The notes beneath the pieces are model-generated. The model saw nothing but the letters and a program-made list of their open reading frames with translations. It had not been told where the DNA came from and made no database searches. Of a stretch of DNA of 64,000 bases, positions 29,805 through 38,554 are shown piece after piece. The position numbers and the translations under genes are program-made. Source of the DNA: an uncultured Alphaproteobacteria bacterium (GTDB taxonomy: Bacteria > Pseudomonadota > Alphaproteobacteria > ATCC43930 > CGMCC-115725); NCBI GenBank assembly GCA_963775875.1, contig CAVZKP010000031.1:29720-93719 (forward strand), read 5' to 3'. The number at the start of each line of letters is the position of its first letter. Position 1 is the first letter of the stretch.

Positions 29805-30238
29805 TGGCTCGCACCCATTCCCGCGCCGTGCTGCTCGACACCTGCGCGGTGATCTATCTCGCGAATGGCGACCCGATGGCAAAACCGGCATTGGATGCGA
29901 TAATCCATGCCGGTCAGGCCGACGGCATCTTTATTTCGCCGGTTTCAGCCTGGGAGATCGGATTGCTGAGCCGGCCGGGGCGGCCGAATGCTGTCCATTT
30001 TCTGCCGGATCCGAAAACCTGGTTCGCCCGCGTCCTGGCGGCCCCCGCGGTCAAGGAGGCGCCATTCACCTCCGACATCGCGATCGACAGCGCCCATCTG
30101 CCGCCGCCGCTTCACGGCGATCCGGCCGACCGGCTGCTGATCGCCACCGCGCGGCATCTGGGCATGCCGATCCTGACCAGGGATCGGCAAATCACCGCTT
30201 ACGCCCGGTCGGGTTATCTTCAGGTGATCGGCTGCTGA
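29801..30238 (+). CDS. vapC: type II toxin, PIN-domain VapC family
   Basis: AVLLDTCAVIYL...SPVSAWEIG...GDPADRLLIATARHLGMPILTRDRQI carries the PIN acidic residues. The start (TTG 29801 / ATG 29804) overlaps the antitoxin stop. Confidence 0.8.
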   Translation: MMARTHSRAVLLDTCAVIYLANGDPMAKPALDAIIHAGQADGIFISPVSAWEIGLLSRPGRPNAVHFLPDPKTWFARVLAAPAVKEAPFTSDIAIDSAHLPPPLHGDPADRLLIATARHLGMPILTRDRQITAYARSGYLQVIGC

Positions 30239-30843
30239 CCTCTTCCGTCGGCGAGATGGCCGGGATTAGCGACCTCCTGGACCGCGCCTTCGGCGAGCCG
30301 AAAGATCCGGTCCTGCGCAACCGGCAGGGTCAGCGCGACCGCTCTCGGCAGCCCGGCATAGAGCCCGCGCAGCACGCGGCTGACCAGACCGTGCGCGACG
30401 ACGACGCGAAGACCCGGCCCGCCGGTCTCGCCCAGCCAATCGCCGAGCCGCGCGGCAAAGGCGGCGTAGCTCTCGCCGTCAGGGGCGCGGAAATACCAGT
30501 CGTAGCGCCCGTCGCCATCGAAAATGCCGGGGCAGCGCCTGGCGATATCGGCATAGGTCAGCCCGTCCCAGGAGCCGAGCGACAGCTCGCGCAGCCGATC
30601 GTCGATCTGCGGTTCGCCGATCGCGCCGAGCTGCGCGCGGATGATCTCGGCGGTGCGCCGCGCCCGTCCCTGCGGGCTGGCGACGATCGGGGCCGAGGCG
30701 ATGCCGGGCAGCGTAGCCAGCAGCCGGCCGATCGCGCGGGCCTGGCCGGTCCCCCGTTCGGTCAGCGGCGAATCAAAGCGTCCCTGGAAGCGCCGTTCGA
30801 GGTTCCACTCGGTCTCGCCGTGGCGGACCAGCAGCATCGTCAC
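30220..30843 (-). CDS. histidine phosphatase family protein (phosphoglycerate-mutase-like)
   Basis: MLLVRHGETEWN is the RHGE catalytic motif. Also ...SPLTERG.GQA... and VVAHGLVSR. The GTG/ATG start overlaps the GNAT stop. Confidence 0.85.
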   Translation of the reverse strand: MTMLLVRHGETEWNLERRFQGRFDSPLTERGTGQARAIGRLLATLPGIASAPIVASPQGRARRTAEIIRAQLGAIGEPQIDDRLRELSLGSWDGLTYADIARRCPGIFDGDGRYDWYFRAPDGESYAAFAARLGDWLGETGGPGLRVVVAHGLVSRVLRGLYAGLPRAVALTLPVAQDRIFRLAEGAVQEVANPGHLADGRGQQPIT

Positions 30844-31382
30844 GGCGGCGAGCCGGGGCGAGGCAGCCGGTAGAGGACATGGCGCCGCAGCGGGCCCGGC
30901 GGCAGGTTGGGATGGTCGAAATCGTCTTGCGCGGCGCGGCTCATGCCGAGCCGCTGCATGACCCGGCGCGAGCGTAGATTGGCCGGAACCGTGACCGCGA
31001 CGATCTCCGCCAGGCCGAGTTGGTCAAAGCCGTAACCGAGCGCGGCGCGCGCGGCCTCGGTGGCATAGCCGTGGCCCCAATAGGCTCGCGCCAACCGCCA
31101 GGCGATCTCGATGGCTGGGGTGAAATGCGCCTGGTAGGGGATCGTGGCCAGACCGACGACCCCGATAAAGCTCGCCTCGCCGGGGATTTCGACAACCCAG
31201 CGGCCGAAGCCGTGCTGCCGCCAGTGAGCGCGCAGCCGCGCCGCCCAGGCCGCGCAGGCCCCAGGCTCGGACAGCGGCGTGAGAAACTCCATGACCGCCG
31301 GGTCGGCGCAAAGTTCGGCGAAGGCGGCAAGATCCGCCGCGCGCCAGCGCCGCAGCAGCAGGCGCGGGGTGGCGAGCGACAC
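30840..31382 (-). CDS. GNAT-family N-acetyltransferase (RimJ/RimL-like)
   Basis: GTG start VSLATPRLLLRRWRAADLAAFAELCADP.VMEF...IGVVGL...IAWRLARAYWGHGYATEAARAAL.YGFD.LGL.EIVAVT...N..S..VM.RLGM. This is the tail of ORF 30840..31613. Confidence 0.8.
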   Translation of the reverse strand: MSLATPRLLLRRWRAADLAAFAELCADPAVMEFLTPLSEPGACAAWAARLRAHWRQHGFGRWVVEIPGEASFIGVVGLATIPYQAHFTPAIEIAWRLARAYWGHGYATEAARAALGYGFDQLGLAEIVAVTVPANLRSRRVMQRLGMSRAAQDDFDHPNLPPGPLRRHVLYRLPRPGSPP

Positions 31383-31390
31383 CGCCGCTA

Positions 31391-31636
31391 CTATTTCTTT
31401 CGGCCGGCCCCGCCGGCCATCTGGGCCAGGAACATCTGCTGCAACTGTTCGAAACCCTTGAGCGTCGCCGGCAGCCAGGTCTCGACCATGGTCTTGGCGT
31501 CCATCGCCTTGATGTTGGCGCTGAGCCGCTCCTGGACTTCCTTCAGCACCGCCTCCTGCAGCGGCTGCACCTCGGGCAGCCCGAAAAATTTCCGCGCCTC
31601 TTCCGGCGTGCATTCGAAGTCCAGGCTGATCTTCAT
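31391..31636 (-). CDS. small conserved hypothetical protein (81 aa)
   Basis: MKISLDFECTPEEARKFFGLPEVQPLQEAVLKEVQERLSANIKAMDAKTMVETWLPATLKGFEQLQQMFLAQM. Codon bias looks coding and it resembles a widespread alphaproteobacterial small protein. I cannot name the family with certainty. Confidence 0.6.
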   Translation of the reverse strand: MKISLDFECTPEEARKFFGLPEVQPLQEAVLKEVQERLSANIKAMDAKTMVETWLPATLKGFEQLQQMFLAQMAGGAGRKK

Positions 31637-31664
31637 CGCGACCGCTCCTTGCCGCGCCAGTCGC

Positions 31665-32027
31665 TCAGGCGGTCAGCACTTCGAGCAGGTGGCCGTTCGG
31701 ATCGCGGAAATAGAAGCCGCGGCCGCCATGACGATGATTGATCGCCATGTCCTCGGCCGAACGCGGCCCGCTGCCATAGGCCAGGCCCTCGCCGCGCACC
31801 CGGTCGTAGATGCCGTCGAACTCGGCCTCGCTGACCTTGAAGGCGTAATGGTGGTGCTCGAACTCGTCCCAATTGTCGAAATCGATGGTCAGCTGGTCGT
31901 TGATCCGCACCGGGGCAAAGTGCGACACCGGCCCCTGATATTCGAGGCCGAAGATCCGGGCGAAGAAGCGCGCCGATTGCTCCTTGTCGTGAGCCGGCAC
32001 GATGGTGTGGTCGAGATGGATGGTCAT
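31665..32027 (-). CDS. VOC (glyoxalase/bleomycin-resistance/dioxygenase) family protein
   Basis: MTIHLDHTIVPAHDKEQSARFFARIFGLEY...HHHYAFKVSEAEFDGIYDRV...FYFRDPNGHLLEVLT. ATG 32025-32027 follows AAGGAGAGG. Confidence 0.8.
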   Translation of the reverse strand: MTIHLDHTIVPAHDKEQSARFFARIFGLEYQGPVSHFAPVRINDQLTIDFDNWDEFEHHHYAFKVSEAEFDGIYDRVRGEGLAYGSGPRSAEDMAINHRHGGRGFYFRDPNGHLLEVLTA

Positions 32028-32134
32028 CAGCCTCTCCTTGCCGTCTTTCCACCACAGATGAGACCGCACCGGCGCTTCGGCAAGCGGCTTCGATCCGAGC
32101 CCGCGATTCCGGCTCGGCCCGTCCTCTTCCGGCG

Positions 32135-32395
32135 TCAGGAAATCTTCTTCGAGCCGGGCGATGGCGCGCCGGACAGGCGGCGGGCGCGGCTGCGCATATA
32201 GGAATTGCGGCTGCGCGGCGCTGGCGGCTCGGCATGTGGCGCCGGGCGCGTGGCGGCGCTCCGGCTAGTGGCGGCGCTGCCGGCGGCCGGGGCTTGCTTG
32301 CCGTCATAGCGGGCCGCGAACGCCTCCTCGCTGAACCCTGGTCGATCGCCGCCCGCCTCGGCCGGGCTGACGCCGTCGGCAATCTCGACTGGCAT
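32135..32395 (-). CDS. hypothetical protein (86 aa, low complexity)
   Basis: A good SD (GGAGGAAACC) precedes ATG 32393-32395. The composition is Ala/Pro/Ser/Arg-rich. I recognise no family. Confidence 0.35.
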   Translation of the reverse strand: MPVEIADGVSPAEAGGDRPGFSEEAFAARYDGKQAPAAGSAATSRSAATRPAPHAEPPAPRSRNSYMRSRARRLSGAPSPGSKKIS

Positions 32396-32516
32396 GGTTT
32401 CCTCCGCTTGATGCGGCTCTGCGGCAGCCTCTATGGCGCAAGCCGCTCGCGCTTCCTCCCGCCGCGATCCCGGCTGCTAGGCCGATGCGCCGCGGACCGG
32501 GTTATTGCACGCCGGG

Positions 32517-32957
32517 TTATTGCACGCCCAACAGCTCGACATCGAACATCAGCGTGGCGTTGGGCGGGATCACCCCGCCGGCGCCGCGCGCGCCATAGCC
32601 GAGTTCGGGCGGGATGATCAGGGTGCGCTCGCCGCCGACCTTCATGCCGGCGACGCCCTCGTCCCAGCCGGCGATCACCTGCTGCGCCCCGAGGGTGAAT
32701 TGAAAGGGCTGGCCGCGGTCGCGCGAACTGTCGAATTTGGCGCCTTTGGCGCCGTCCTTGTAGAGCCACCCGGTGTAATGGACGGAGACCTTGTCGCCGG
32801 CCGCGGCGGTGGCGCCATCGCCCAGCTTGGTGTCGGTATATTTCAAACCGTCTGGCATCTCGATCACCTGGTTGGCCGCCTGGCCCACGGTCGCGAGCGG
32901 CACGGCGGCGATGATGGCGAGCGCCGCAATGGCGCCGGCGAGGCGGATCGGTATCAT
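32517..32957 (-). CDS. FKBP-type peptidyl-prolyl cis-trans isomerase, secreted
   Basis: The signal peptide is MIPIRLAGAIAALAIIAAVPLA. The FKBP core reads LKYTD.KLGDG..A..GD.V.VHYTGWL.DG.KFDSSRDRGQPF.F.LG..QVI.GWDEGV.GMKVGG.R.L.IPPELGYG.RGAGGVIPPNATL.F.VELL. Confidence 0.9.
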   Translation of the reverse strand: MIPIRLAGAIAALAIIAAVPLATVGQAANQVIEMPDGLKYTDTKLGDGATAAAGDKVSVHYTGWLYKDGAKGAKFDSSRDRGQPFQFTLGAQQVIAGWDEGVAGMKVGGERTLIIPPELGYGARGAGGVIPPNATLMFDVELLGVQ

Positions 32958-33096
32958 GATTTTCCAGCCTTCGATATCGGATCGCAGCGGCGGCGCGGCG
33001 ACTGGCGGGTTCTAGTCGATCCGGCCCGGCAGAGGAACCGGCGATTGCAGATCCAGTCGCGGCCAGACCAACTGAATGAACCGCACGCATGTTGTA

Positions 33097-33113
33097 AATG
33101 AATAATATTCATT
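33097..33113. promoter_or_regulatory. 17-bp perfect AT-rich palindrome (AATGAATA-A-TATTCATT), candidate operator
   Basis: Arms are 8 bp with a 1-nt centre. It lies in the divergent FKBP / D-aminoacylase intergenic region, inside a short AT-rich patch of an otherwise GC-rich region. Confidence 0.4.
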
Positions 33114-33321
33114 GAAATTCGACACCAGCCGGACAGCACAATTTGTTTGTCGCCAGAATCGTCCCAATCGAGGGGAAGTTGTTGCTGCGCCCTGCGACGA
33201 AGCGTAGCATTGCCGTCGCATCTTTCGAAGGGTGCGGGGCGGGTCAGCAAGCCCGGGTGGGAAAGGGTCCGCCACGACGGCCCCAGGCTCGAACCGAGCG
33301 GGGCAATGAGGAGAAAGAATC

Positions 33322-35082
33322 ATGGCGTATGATCTGTTGATCAGAAACGGGCGCGTCGTAGACGGCTCGGGCGAGCCGGCCTTTGCAGCGGATGTGGCGG
33401 TGCAGGACGGCAAGATCGTCGGGGTTGGCAAATATGCCGGCGCTGCCGCCAAGCGCACGATCGACGCCGCAGGCCGCGTCGTGGCGCCGGGCTTTATCGA
33501 CCACCACACCCATTTCGACCCGCAGGCCGTGTGGGATCCCTATTGCGGCTCGTGGGTGCATAACGGCCATACCACCGTGGTCGTCGGCCAGTGCGGCCAG
33601 GTCATCGCCCCGGTACGCCCCGGCGATAGCGAGTGGTATCTCGAATTCTTCTCCGATGCGGAACAGATCCCGCTGCCGGTGCTGAAGGCCGGGGTCGACG
33701 TGACCTGGGAATTGGTCGGCGACTATCTGAATGCGCTCGGCAAAAAGCGCGGCATCAATGTCGGCACCCTGGTCGGCCATTCCGGCATCCGCCGCTATGT
33801 GATGGGCGAGGCGGCCTCCGAGCGGCAGGCGACCCCTGAGGAAATGGCTGCGATGCAGCGGCTGATCCGCGAGGCGATGCATGACGGCGCGCTCGGCTTC
33901 TCGACCGCGCCGAAGGATCGTGGCGACCCGGCCGGGGTCGGCAATGACGAGGAGCGCTGGGCGCTGGCCAGCGTGCTCGGCGAACTCGGCACCGGGGTGT
34001 TCCAGGTCGCCGGCGGCGCGCCGGGCGGCACCAAACAAACCCGCGAGGTCGCCCGCCAGCTGGCGGCGCGGACCGGCCGGCCATCGATCTACAACTTGAT
34101 GTCGGATCCGATCGCCAATCCCGACGAGTGGGTCGAGCATCTGCGCTGGCTCGAGGACGGGTTCAAGAGCGGCGCGCGCTGCTACGGCTCGTGCCTGTCG
34201 ACCGTTGCCGGCGCGATTTTTGATCTGCAGCGCGGCCTCAACGTGCCGCAGGATGAGGACATCACCCATCCCGAAGGCATCTTCCGCGGCATGCCGACCT
34301 GGGACAAGGTCATGGCCTTGCCCTATCAGGAGCGGATGCGGGCATTCCGCGACCCCGCACTGCGTCAGGCGCTGTCGGCCGAGGCGGTCGAAGGGACGGT
34401 CGAGCAGCAGGGCGGGATGACCGACCGGCGCGGCCGCGCGCGCGGCTTCTTCAACCGGCGCTGGGACCTCGTCGAGGTGTTCATGACGACGAAGGGGCAG
34501 AACCGGCATCTCGAGGGCAAGAGCGTCGCGCAGATCGCCAAAGAGCAGAACAAGGGCATCATGGACGCCTTCCTCGATCTGTCGCTCGACGAAGACCTGA
34601 ACACCTGCTTCCAGGCGATCGACCGCAACGGCGATCCGAAGACGCAGAAGCACATCCTTGGCTCGCAATATACCGTGATCGGCACCAGCGACGGCGGCGG
34701 CCGGCCGCATACCGCCGACCGGCACGAAACCAGCACCAACCTGCTGGGCCATTGGGTGCGCGAAGAGCAGGTGATGACCCTCGAAGAGGCGGTCTATCGG
34801 CTGACCGGCAAGACCGCGCTGATGCACGACATTACCGATCGCGGCTTCCTCGCCGCCGGCAAGGTCGCCGACATCACGATCTTCGATCCCGATACGATCG
34901 CATCGAAGCCGCGCGAGCCGGTCGCGAACCTCCCCGCGGGCGGGGTGCAGGTCAGGCGCGACGCGGTCGGCATCGACTATGTCGTGGTCAATGGCAGCGT
35001 GCTGCTCGACAAGGGCGAACTGACCGACGCATTGCCCGGCCAGATCATCCGCGGCCCGCTTTACCAGGGCGCCCGCGCCTAA
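33322..35082 (+). CDS. N-acyl-D-amino-acid deacylase (D-aminoacylase) family amidohydrolase
   Basis: MAYDLLIRNGRVVDGSGEPAFAADVAVQDGKIVGVG......IDAAGRVVAPGFIDHHTHFD is the HxH metal motif. Also ...GALGFSTA... . The C-terminal ...FDPDTI... beta-sandwich return is typical of this family. 586 aa. Confidence 0.85.
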   Translation: MAYDLLIRNGRVVDGSGEPAFAADVAVQDGKIVGVGKYAGAAAKRTIDAAGRVVAPGFIDHHTHFDPQAVWDPYCGSWVHNGHTTVVVGQCGQVIAPVRPGDSEWYLEFFSDAEQIPLPVLKAGVDVTWELVGDYLNALGKKRGINVGTLVGHSGIRRYVMGEAASERQATPEEMAAMQRLIREAMHDGALGFSTAPKDRGDPAGVGNDEERWALASVLGELGTGVFQVAGGAPGGTKQTREVARQLAARTGRPSIYNLMSDPIANPDEWVEHLRWLEDGFKSGARCYGSCLSTVAGAIFDLQRGLNVPQDEDITHPEGIFRGMPTWDKVMALPYQERMRAFRDPALRQALSAEAVEGTVEQQGGMTDRRGRARGFFNRRWDLVEVFMTTKGQNRHLEGKSVAQIAKEQNKGIMDAFLDLSLDEDLNTCFQAIDRNGDPKTQKHILGSQYTVIGTSDGGGRPHTADRHETSTNLLGHWVREEQVMTLEEAVYRLTGKTALMHDITDRGFLAAGKVADITIFDPDTIASKPREPVANLPAGGVQVRRDAVGIDYVVVNGSVLLDKGELTDALPGQIIRGPLYQGARA

Positions 35083-35244
35083 GCCGCACCGCGGCGCCGC
35101 CGAGCATGCCCGGGAAGGTTCCGGGCGTGCCGGCGGGCCAGCGGAGATTTGCCCGGCGGGGCGCGTGCGGCCCGGCCGGCAGTCGAATGTTACCCGCCCG
35201 TGGCCGGGCTCGACCCGGCCAGCCATGCCTTGAGGAGGGCCGCT

Positions 35245-36168
35245 ATGCCGGATCGTGCCAAGCGGATCGAGCAACTGGCTCCGGAACTGGAGCGGATCGT
35301 CGCGGCCGCGCAGCCGATCGAGGATCTGGCCGACGGTTTCGGCGGCCCGCATGGCCCGGCCGAAGGGCCGCTGTGGTGGCGCGAGGGCGGCTACCTCGTG
35401 TTCAGCGACATCCACAACAACCGGCGCATGAAATACGAGCCCGGCAAGGGCGTGTCCCTGTTGCAGGAGCCGACCAACCGCGCCAACGGGCTGACCCGCG
35501 ATCTGCAGGGCCGGCTCGTCGCCTGCGAGCACGATTCACGGCGGGTCACCCGCCAGGAGGCGGATGGCAGCATCACCGTCATCGCCAACAGCTTTCAAGG
35601 GCGCCAGCTCAACCGGCCCAACGACGTCGTCGTCAAATCCGACGGCTGCATCTATTTTACCGATCCATGGACCAGCCCCAATGCGCCGCAGCAATGGGAT
35701 CTGACCTTTTCCGGGGTCTATCGGGTGACCCCCGATCTGGGGACCCTGAGCCTGCTGATCGACGATTTTATCGTGCCCAATGGCCTGGCCTTTTCGCCCG
35801 ATGAGAGTGTCCTCTACATCAATGATTCGCGCCGCGGCCATATCCGCGCCTTTGAGGTTGCGGCCAATGGCACCTTGGCCAAGCACAGCGACCGCGTCTT
35901 TGCCGATCTGCGCGGCGCCGAGCCCGGCGTTCCCGACGGCATGAAGGTCGATGTCGAGGGCAATGTCTATTGCGGCGGCGCCGGCGGGTTGTGGATCATC
36001 GACCCAATGGGCAAGAAACTCGGCCGCATCGTCCACGGCGCCCCGGCCACCACCAACCTGGCCTTTGGCGGCGCCGACTGGAAAACCCTCTATTTCACCA
36101 GCCGCAACCACCTCGGTGCGGTCAATGTAAAAATCGCCGGAATTCCGGTGCCGTGTCGCCAAAAGTAG
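35245..36168 (+). CDS. SMP-30/gluconolactonase/LRE-family lactonase (paralog 1)
   Basis: AEGPLWWREGGYLVFSDI...ANGLTRDLQGRLVACEH..RRVTR...LNRPNDVVVKSDG.IYFTDP...PNGLAFSPDESVLYI.DS...PDGMKVDVEGNVY......NLAFGGADWKTLYFTS. ATG 35245 follows GAGGAGGG. Confidence 0.85.
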   Translation: MPDRAKRIEQLAPELERIVAAAQPIEDLADGFGGPHGPAEGPLWWREGGYLVFSDIHNNRRMKYEPGKGVSLLQEPTNRANGLTRDLQGRLVACEHDSRRVTRQEADGSITVIANSFQGRQLNRPNDVVVKSDGCIYFTDPWTSPNAPQQWDLTFSGVYRVTPDLGTLSLLIDDFIVPNGLAFSPDESVLYINDSRRGHIRAFEVAANGTLAKHSDRVFADLRGAEPGVPDGMKVDVEGNVYCGGAGGLWIIDPMGKKLGRIVHGAPATTNLAFGGADWKTLYFTSRNHLGAVNVKIAGIPVPCRQK

Positions 36169-36251
36169 TCGCCCGGGAGGCGCCAAGTCCATCGAAAGAG
36201 TGAAACCCAGCCAACCAAGACAGACCGCACTTACGCAGAGGAGAAGTCGCC

Positions 36252-37739
36252 ATGCCGATGCTACAACGTGTCCAGTATTCCGACGCCATCGAGCCGTTGG
36301 TCCAGTTTATCGAGGATACGTCTCCCGATGAGATTCTCGATCGCGCGCTGGAGAAGCTCCGCGCCGGGGTGCCGACGCAAACCATGCTGACGGCCTCTGC
36401 CCTCGCTGTAACCCGCTCCACCGATATGCCTGCGGGTCATCATGGCGGCCCGCTGCATCCCTTGGCAGGCCTTTATGCGCTCTCGAAGCTGGTCGACCGC
36501 CTGGAGGGCGAGGATCGCTTTGTGCCGGTGCTGCAGCACGTGGCCCTGACCAACAAGCACATCCACCATCCCGCGATGGGGCCGTACGGCCTGCTCGAAT
36601 TCGAGCCGGAGGATGCCGGTGGGGTCGAAGCGAACAAGAAGGCGTTCCTCGCTGCGGTGGGTCGCGGCGAGTACAACAAGGCCGACCATGTTTTCCTGTG
36701 GCTGTGGGACCATGCTCCTCGGATCGAGGCCTTTGATCTGCTGCTGAGTGTGGCGATCCCGAAAAATTTCAATGACGACCATTACTTCATGTTTCCGGGC
36801 ACCGTTTGGCGCGCCTTTGAGACCGGCGTGCTCGATAAGGCCTACCTGCCAGTGGTGATGCGGCAGGTCGTGCGTTTTGTGACCCGTTCTCCGGTTGCTC
36901 CGAACAATCCGATGCCTTCCCCGCTGCCGGCGATCGAGGCGCTGATCGAAGAGCATCAATTGACAAAGCGCATCCTGCGCCAACGCACCGGAGAAGATGA
37001 GACGGCGGCAATCGGTGAGCTCGGAGAGGCCATCGGACGGATAGACGTCTTTGCCGATATTCCCGTGCTGATCGCTAAGGCCTTGGCGGCGGGGCTCTCC
37101 TTGGAAGGCGCGGGCGAAGCGTTGTCGATCGGGGCTGCCGGGCTTTTCATCCGCTCCCACTGCGGGAACCCGATGGATGTCCATCTGCACACGAGCATCA
37201 ACCTGCGCCGGTATCTCTTGGCGCTCGACGGGATCAGCCTCAAGAACAAGCTGATGTTGTTGTTGACCTGGCAGTCAGGCCCAGAGATCCGCTCGACCGC
37301 CCAGCGCATGGGGCCAGCTCCGCAGCCTGAGACGGCCGCCATCCCAGCCGCGCCGTCGCGGACCCAGGAGGAGCTGCTCGAAGCCATCAAGCAGAACATC
37401 TACAACCAGCCGCCAGTCGATTGGTCCACAGTATCCAATCTGGGGCAGATGCGGGCCGTGCCGGAAGTCGAGGAGGTCGCGAACTTGGCGCAGCAATATG
37501 TGCAGTGCCGCTATGACCCGCAGGCTTTCATCGCGTGCCTTGGCGAAATCGTGTGCCACGACAACTTCACCGAGATGCACGCGTTCAAGCATCACCAGTC
37601 GATCGTCGAAGAATTCTACACCACCCGCGAACCTTGGCGCTGGATGCACCTGGTCTGCGGCGCCAGGGCGGCGGCGGTTTCTTTCGGCAAGAATATGGCG
37701 GTCTATGAGGAGTATTTGGAACTCCTCCACGCCGCATAA
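36252..37739 (+). CDS. hypothetical 495-aa protein, His-rich motifs, no family recognised
   Basis: An uninterrupted ORF with a good SD (AGGAGAAG). It has repeated His clusters (GHHGGPLHP, KHIHHP, DHVFLWLWDH, MDVHLHTS, EMHAFKHHQS) and looks all-alpha. G+C is visibly lower than in the neighbours. Confidence 0.7.
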   Translation: MPMLQRVQYSDAIEPLVQFIEDTSPDEILDRALEKLRAGVPTQTMLTASALAVTRSTDMPAGHHGGPLHPLAGLYALSKLVDRLEGEDRFVPVLQHVALTNKHIHHPAMGPYGLLEFEPEDAGGVEANKKAFLAAVGRGEYNKADHVFLWLWDHAPRIEAFDLLLSVAIPKNFNDDHYFMFPGTVWRAFETGVLDKAYLPVVMRQVVRFVTRSPVAPNNPMPSPLPAIEALIEEHQLTKRILRQRTGEDETAAIGELGEAIGRIDVFADIPVLIAKALAAGLSLEGAGEALSIGAAGLFIRSHCGNPMDVHLHTSINLRRYLLALDGISLKNKLMLLLTWQSGPEIRSTAQRMGPAPQPETAAIPAAPSRTQEELLEAIKQNIYNQPPVDWSTVSNLGQMRAVPEVEEVANLAQQYVQCRYDPQAFIACLGEIVCHDNFTEMHAFKHHQSIVEEFYTTREPWRWMHLVCGARAAAVSFGKNMAVYEEYLELLHAA

Positions 37740-37752
37740 CTCTGAGGGCAAG

Positions 37753-37778
37753 CCAGGAGGCGTCGCGCCTCCTGGTTT
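37753..37778. terminator. bidirectional rho-independent terminator between convergent genes
   Basis: A perfect 10-bp stem, CCAGGAGGCG-tcg-CGCCTCCTGG, is followed by TTT. It lies 14 nt after the 495-aa ORF stop and 70 nt from the convergent lipoprotein stop. Confidence 0.75.
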
Positions 37779-37848
37779 GCACGCTTCCCGCCCGGCGGCG
37801 GTGTCGGCCCTTCAGAGGATCAAGGGCCTGGATCGGCGAGGTCTCAAA

Positions 37849-38271
37849 TCAGCTCGGACTTGGCCCCGGTGGCCCTCTGCGCTGCCAGGTTGCGTCATAT
37901 ACGCACTGTCCGCTGACCCGGCCCCTGAGCACATAATAGGGGTCTATCTGTCCCACAAAGGTTTGGCCCGCCGGGGCCTGCATCCGCAACTCGCCTTGCG
38001 GAGTTACATATCCCTGAAACTCGAGGTCGAGCGCCGCGAACCGGGCAACGCCGTTGCGGATCGTCAGATGCGGTGCAACCCGCAAATTTGGGCACACCGA
38101 AACGGGCATCCCGGGGCTCATGTTCTGCGCAAAACTACCCTCATAGACTCCATCGTAGAAAGTCGTCGTGCTGGGGGCTGCCGCCGCGGCCTCGGGCGGC
38201 GGCGGGGGTTGCTCCGGGGCGCAAGCAGCGACCATAAGAAGCGATACGCACAGCAAGAATGAGCGTTTCAT
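37849..38271 (-). CDS. putative lipoprotein, unknown function
   Basis: MKRSFLLCVSLLMVAAC is a signal peptide plus lipobox. A Pro/Ala linker follows, then a ~110-aa domain. AGGGAGGAACAG precedes the ATG (38269-38271). Confidence 0.6.
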   Translation of the reverse strand: MKRSFLLCVSLLMVAACAPEQPPPPPEAAAAAPSTTTFYDGVYEGSFAQNMSPGMPVSVCPNLRVAPHLTIRNGVARFAALDLEFQGYVTPQGELRMQAPAGQTFVGQIDPYYVLRGRVSGQCVYDATWQRRGPPGPSPS

Positions 38272-38554
38272 CTGTTCCTCCCTCTGGGTTCGAAGACCCG
38301 TTTCACGATAACCGGTTGAGTGGCATGCGCCAATACCCAACCGAATCGGATTCCGCCTCCCCTATTTAGCTGCCCGTTGGCAGCGGGATCTCGCCCCCCT
38401 GATTGGCGAGCGCATTGGGAACCACGCCGCATAGCGCCGCGGCCGCGAGCGGCCCATGCATCGCTTTGCATCTGCACGGCCCGTGCGGGTTGGACAGGCG
38501 GGCGCGCGCGGGATAACCTGCCCTCGGAAGAATTCAGAGATGGGAGGGACGGCG

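Noticed and set aside
33120-33321. Riboswitch (e.g. cobalamin-like) in the ~200-nt leader of the D-aminoacylase gene
   Set aside because: It has some GGGAA / GCCAC-like strings. However, the conserved B12-box order and core (GCCACTG … AGYCMGG-AGACCKGCC) are not present. I could not fold a convincing conserved architecture by eye.
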